NCBI GenBank assembly: GCA_964536085.1
Contig: CAZHWR010000003.1
Location: 1,540-65,539, forward strand
Length of the DNA: 64,000 nucleotides
DNA from: an uncultured Oscillospiraceae bacterium
Lineage (GTDB): Bacteria > Bacillota > Clostridia > Oscillospirales > Ruminococcaceae
Direction: 5' to 3'
The notes beneath the pieces were generated by a model. It did not search any database and had not been told where the DNA came from. It worked only from the letters and a program-made list of their open reading frames with translations. Numbering within the stretch: the stretch's first letter is position 1; the number at the start of each line of letters is the position of its first letter. Made by a program: the position numbers and the translations under genes. Shown in pieces: positions 60,059 to 64,000 of this stretch.

Positions 60059-61462
60059 GTGGGATATTTGCCTATGCTCGACGTCGGCAACACAGGAAGC
60101 ATATTAAAAAAGCAAACGTCGGGCTTTTACGGGCTTAATATGACCGGAAACGCTCAGGACAGCCAGCTTACCGACTGCAAAAATATAATGACGTCGGACA
60201 TTCCCGCGCTCACTGTCAGAGGGCAGACAAAGCTTGCTAAACAGTATACCAGTTCAAAGGATTTTGACATTAAGGTATTTCACTTTGACGATTCCATTTT
60301 CACGGTTGTTACGGATTATTCCACCTTTGCCGACGGCTGTGAATACACCTTTGACGGACAAACGTACGAATGCGTCATGGGAGGTCGTGTGGGAAGATAT
60401 CTTAAAAGCGACTTTTCAGCGGTGAAATTCAAGGATTGTATCTTTGTGCCGTACTATAACAGCGATGACAAGAGCGTTTGTATGTATATGATGACAGGTT
60501 CGCCCTCAACGTCGGCTGTGGTAATGATAGCAAGCGATGTGGAAAAACAAAACGACAACATTCATATAGTGGCGTTTAACAACCGATTGATGTGCGTGTA
60601 TTCAGATGCCGTGTGGATATGCTATGAGGACAACTTCCTTGTTTGGGACAAGTTTTATGTTGAGGGCTCAGAGCAGGGCTCGACAGATGTAAACGCGGCG
60701 GCGTGCCAGAACATACCTCTTGCAGCCGGAGGACATTTCACCGCCTGCGCGTATTATAAGGATAAGCCGCTGATATTCAAGGAGCATGCGATGTATGCGC
60801 TGTACGGTAGCTATACGCCGTTTTCGATAGTGAAAATAGCGGACATAGGATGCATTTCGCACGCGTCAATACAGATAATTGGCGACGATTTGCTGTTTTT
60901 GTCCGAAAACGGGCTTATGAAGTATTCGGGAGGGACTCCGTACTGTATTTCATCAGAGATCCCCGAACTGCAATATCAGGAGGTGTCCGGCTGCTGTGCG
61001 ACGGACAAGTATTATTTTATCAACGAATACATGTACGACGTTAATAAAAAATGCTTTACCAAGCTGGAAGAGCGGCTTATACCGATTTGCGCGTATCAAG
61101 ACAGGGTGTTTTTTTACGACCGTTCCGAAAAGCAGACGCTTGAAATGGTTTACGACGATGATGAAGCGGACGAAGTCGTTGCATGGAGCTTTACAACGAG
61201 GGTTTACCATGAAAATTACGCTGAGAAAAAGCGGTATTCCAAGCTTAAAATCCGCATAGAGGCGTTGGAGAAAGCGGACGTTTCGGTCAGATACTCCATC
61301 GACGGCTCGGATTTCATAACTGCGGCGCAGCAGACGTTTTCAAAGCCCGAGGGTAAGATAATAAGCCTTAATATTCCTCTGTGCGACAGCTTTCAATTCA
61401 ATGTGAGCGGAACGGGCAGAGTGAAGGTGCCGTTTATCGAGCGGGAATACAGGGTGGTTTAA
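60059..61462 (+). CDS. Phage structural protein, unknown function (467 aa)
   Basis: The GTG lies 7 nt after AAGGGGG. No recognised motif. Confidence 0.55.
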   Translation: MGYLPMLDVGNTGSILKKQTSGFYGLNMTGNAQDSQLTDCKNIMTSDIPALTVRGQTKLAKQYTSSKDFDIKVFHFDDSIFTVVTDYSTFADGCEYTFDGQTYECVMGGRVGRYLKSDFSAVKFKDCIFVPYYNSDDKSVCMYMMTGSPSTSAVVMIASDVEKQNDNIHIVAFNNRLMCVYSDAVWICYEDNFLVWDKFYVEGSEQGSTDVNAAACQNIPLAAGGHFTACAYYKDKPLIFKEHAMYALYGSYTPFSIVKIADIGCISHASIQIIGDDLLFLSENGLMKYSGGTPYCISSEIPELQYQEVSGCCATDKYYFINEYMYDVNKKCFTKLEERLIPICAYQDRVFFYDRSEKQTLEMVYDDDEADEVVAWSFTTRVYHENYAEKKRYSKLKIRIEALEKADVSVRYSIDGSDFITAAQQTFSKPEGKIISLNIPLCDSFQFNVSGTGRVKVPFIEREYRVV

Positions 61463-61521
61463 TAAAAACCGCCCTGTATCCGGTCGGGCTGTAAACGGTT
61501 ATTGCGGATTGAAAAAAGGAT

Positions 61522-61743
61522 GTGAATAAATTAATGAGTTACGACGTAAACAACACGTTTTCGGGCGTTTCAACAGTGGATCGCTTCGAAAACTCGGATG
61601 AAAAGGTGCAGTGTCTGCAAACGCAGGTCACCTCGCTGAAAAGGGATTTGGAATATCTGCTTTACAATATAGACACGGGCAATTTTTCTCAAAGACTTCA
61701 GAACGTTATTGCGTCATTGGAAGGAGGAGAAAGCGATGGCTAG
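61522..61743 (+). CDS. Phage small protein (73 aa)
   Basis: GTG start after AAAGGA. Overlaps the next gene's start. Confidence 0.4.
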   Translation: MNKLMSYDVNNTFSGVSTVDRFENSDEKVQCLQTQVTSLKRDLEYLLYNIDTGNFSQRLQNVIASLEGGESDG

Positions 61744-62458
61744 TTCAAAATTCAGCTATTCAGGCTATACGAACAAATACAAAGACATTTTAAACAGCTT
61801 AAATGCGCAAAGGGAGAGCATACAAAGCTCATACGACCCTTATAAGGACGCGGATTTTGCGGTTGCGGCAAAGGAGCTTGAACGCAGGCAGAAATACGCA
61901 ACGGAGGATGCCAGAGCAAAAATGAACGCCTCTGTGGGCGGAACCGGCTCGGGCACCGCCACGGCGACCGCTATGGCGCAGGTCAACAACGATTATATCA
62001 TGCGTATCAACGATCTTATCCCCGTTTACAAGCAAAAGGCACTCGACAATATTGACGCGCAAATATCGGCGTATACTCAGGCGGAAAGCGAAGATTACGA
62101 GAGATATAAAGACGAACGGCAGTTTGCTTACAACAACTATGTGGGCAACCGTGATTATCAGTATCAAAAGCAAAAGGCGGCGAAGGACTACGCGCTTCAG
62201 CTTAAAAGCTACAATCTTAAAAAGGCGGCTCAAAATGCTTCGACGGATTCGCAGAAGTATAAAAACACGGTTGCGAGCGCAACGCTTTATGCAAAGCAGC
62301 TTTGGAGCAGAAGCAGCTCGTCCGCGGTCAAGCAGACGTTCAACTATATTACTTCGCTGGGACTTACCAAAAAGGAAACCTTGTCGATAGTTTCCAAGCT
62401 GCCGAGCAGAAACGGAAAGAAAGCGCTTGCTTTGTATTCCAGCTACAGTTCTAAATAA
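61736..62458 (+). CDS. Phage structural protein, K/Q/Y-rich helical (240 aa)
   Basis: The ATG at 61736 follows GGAAGGAGG. Confidence 0.55.
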   Translation: MASSKFSYSGYTNKYKDILNSLNAQRESIQSSYDPYKDADFAVAAKELERRQKYATEDARAKMNASVGGTGSGTATATAMAQVNNDYIMRINDLIPVYKQKALDNIDAQISAYTQAESEDYERYKDERQFAYNNYVGNRDYQYQKQKAAKDYALQLKSYNLKKAAQNASTDSQKYKNTVASATLYAKQLWSRSSSSAVKQTFNYITSLGLTKKETLSIVSKLPSRNGKKALALYSSYSSK

Positions 62459-62476
62459 CGACGGCGGTGAAGTGTG

Positions 62477-62815
62477 ATGAATTATAAAAATATTATTGCA
62501 GTAACGCGCGGCGACAGCATGAGCTTTATCGTAACGCTGGAAAAAAACGGGAACGCAGTCGCGTTTGAACAGGGCGACACAGTTTATTTTACGGTAAAAA
62601 AACGTGCGGGCGCTTCAAAAAAGGAGTTGTACAAAGCGGTTTCGGAATTTGATGAAAACGGCGCGGCGGTGTTTGAATTAACCGCCGAAGAAACAAAGGG
62701 ACTTAGACCCGGGAGTTACGTTTACGATGTTCAGTACACCGATGCGGCGGGAAACGTTATAACAATTATAAGACCGAGCTGTTTTCATGTTACAAAGGAG
62801 GTAACGGATGATTAG
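62477..62815 (+). CDS. Phage hypothetical protein (112 aa, beta-rich)
   Basis: The ATG at 62477 is 6 nt after GGTGA. The stop overlaps the next gene's ATG. Confidence 0.5.
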   Translation: MNYKNIIAVTRGDSMSFIVTLEKNGNAVAFEQGDTVYFTVKKRAGASKKELYKAVSEFDENGAAVFELTAEETKGLRPGSYVYDVQYTDAAGNVITIIRPSCFHVTKEVTDD

Positions 62816-64000
62816 TCTTAACGGCGAAACCGGCGGCTGCGTTCATATCAGCGGAACGATAATGCAGACAGGTCCGCGCGGAGCACAAGGAGAAAAAGGC
62901 GAAAAGGGTGACGGGGCGACGGCGGTATCGGCGCCGCTGCCGACGGCGTTTTCAAACGATTGTCTCAATGAGCGGCTTAAAAAATATGAGCCGGGGCGGT
63001 CAATAACCCCGAAAGCAGGGGACAAGCTTATAAATCCCGACGGCAACGCCGTTTACGGCTACCGCGAGTTTCCCGATTCGGCAAGCGCAAGGGTGTATGT
63101 GTACCAGTGCCGCAGGGACGGTGAAACTCTCGCGGGAAACGGGGAATACATAGGGCAGATTATCGGCAATTATACGGGATATGCTTCAAACGCCGCTATG
63201 AAAACAGGCGCGGGCTATACGTTGTCGGATATCGGGAGCGATAATTTTTACAACGAAAGCAACGCGCTTTTAAAAAACACGGCGTTGCAGATGGTGGCGG
63301 AATTTACGGCGGACGAGCCTTTTCAGGAGGGCTCGATGGCAAATATCCTCGAATATATCGTCGGTAACGCAAATTTGTTTCCCAAGCTTAAGCTTGCGGA
63401 CGGCGGGCTGAACGACGCTTTGATCATGGTGAGATTCAAAGGAGCGAACGTCGGTGAGCGCACGGTTGAAAATTATCCGTTCCTGGCGAGCGACTTTATC
63501 GACAACGCGCTCGCGGTAGAGGTAAACGGCAATAAGTATTTCGAGTACTGGGCGGCGGACTGCTGGTACGAGACAACAGGTTCGTATGTTACAGGTTCTT
63601 TTCTTGACGCATCGGTCAACAAAGCGACGGGCGAAGAGAACGACTACACAATATATTACTGCGAGCAGGGAGGCGGCGAAGGAGCGAGACTTGCGTTTAC
63701 AAACAGCGAATCGGCAAACAGCGGCACGGTGTACCCGTTTGACAGCATGGTAGCGGTGCAGAGCGAATCCGGCGGCGAGTGGGTGTATGAAGGGCCGATA
63801 GTCGAGACTGCATTTTCAAGGAGCATAGAAGCGTCAGGCGATTCGATAACGACCGTTTCGGGCAATTCAAGCTTGAGTTACCAAACGCTTGACGTGAACG
63901 CAAAGCCGGGGGACATACATATAAAAACGCCGTCGAGCATACTGAGCCTTACAAGCGCGCAGATATGGCAGTGCAAATATGCAATAAAAGACCTGCAAAA
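62808..64000 (+). CDS. Phage tail fibre / receptor-binding protein with short collagen-like segment (partial, runs off the window)
   Basis: The ATG at 62808 follows AAAGGAGG. I translated it by eye and found it open to the window end, and it is absent from the ORF track because it has no stop. It contains GPRGAQGEKGEKGDG (five G-X-Y triplets). Confidence 0.65.
   Translation, partial: MISLNGETGGCVHISGTIMQTGPRGAQGEKGEKGDGATAVSAPLPTAFSNDCLNERLKKYEPGRSITPKAGDKLINPDGNAVYGYREFPDSASARVYVYQCRRDGETLAGNGEYIGQIIGNYTGYASNAAMKTGAGYTLSDIGSDNFYNESNALLKNTALQMVAEFTADEPFQEGSMANILEYIVGNANLFPKLKLADGGLNDALIMVRFKGANVGERTVENYPFLASDFIDNALAVEVNGNKYFEYWAADCWYETTGSYVTGSFLDASVNKATGEENDYTIYYCEQGGGEGARLAFTNSESANSGTVYPFDSMVAVQSESGGEWVYEGPIVETAFSRSIEASGDSITTVSGNSSLSYQTLDVNAKPGDIHIKTPSSILSLTSAQIWQCKYAIKDLQ

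Larger units (their letters stand above)
53234..64000 (+). mobile_element. Prophage or phage-like element, packaging and morphogenesis module (continues past the window end)
   Basis: A co-directional run of a late regulator, small and large terminase, portal, Prp protease/scaffold, major capsid and structural genes, all tightly packed with strong RBSs. Confidence 0.85.

Overview
Chromosomal window, roughly 50% GC, that looks like a spore-forming Clostridia-class Firmicute: it carries spoIIE, dpaA/dpaB, nfnAB and both GluRS and GlnRS. Most of it is ordinary housekeeping: galU, rpsF-ssb-rpsR, two secreted proteins, a DD-carboxypeptidase, gltX-glnS, ydbS/T-like genes, an Ogg-type glycosylase, rlmB, an EF-G paralog, a DegT aminotransferase, a MacB-type ABC pair, a ROK regulator, the complete atpIBEFHAGDC operon, flavodoxin, dinB and a ttcA-like gene. 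No tRNA, rRNA or CRISPR array was seen. The strongest finding is that dpaA (spoVFA) is split in frame by a compact 2,645-bp element bounded by a 17-bp direct repeat. The element carries a serine recombinase and a Wzx-type flippase cassette, and clean excision would rebuild an intact 290-aa dpaA directly upstream of intact dpaB. This resembles the skin, SPbeta and vfbin sporulation intervening elements, but in miniature and with a recombinase that ends before the zinc-ribbon/coiled-coil domain. Other points worth a second look: (1) a decayed restriction-modification locus with a Dam fragment, an internally deleted DpnI homolog and a frameshifted nuclease; (2) two tandem copies of a structured 79-nt element inside the ABC operon; (3) a phased TCAAC(A) direct-repeat array; (4) two phased TAGTTAGC-N4-GCTAACTA operators upstream of flavodoxin; (5) a P-type-ATPase homolog lacking its catalytic motifs; (6) the left part of a prophage from about 53.2 kb to the window end, with a Prp protease fused to its scaffold and L27-like cleavage motifs. 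All product calls come from motif recognition by eye. No database search was run.
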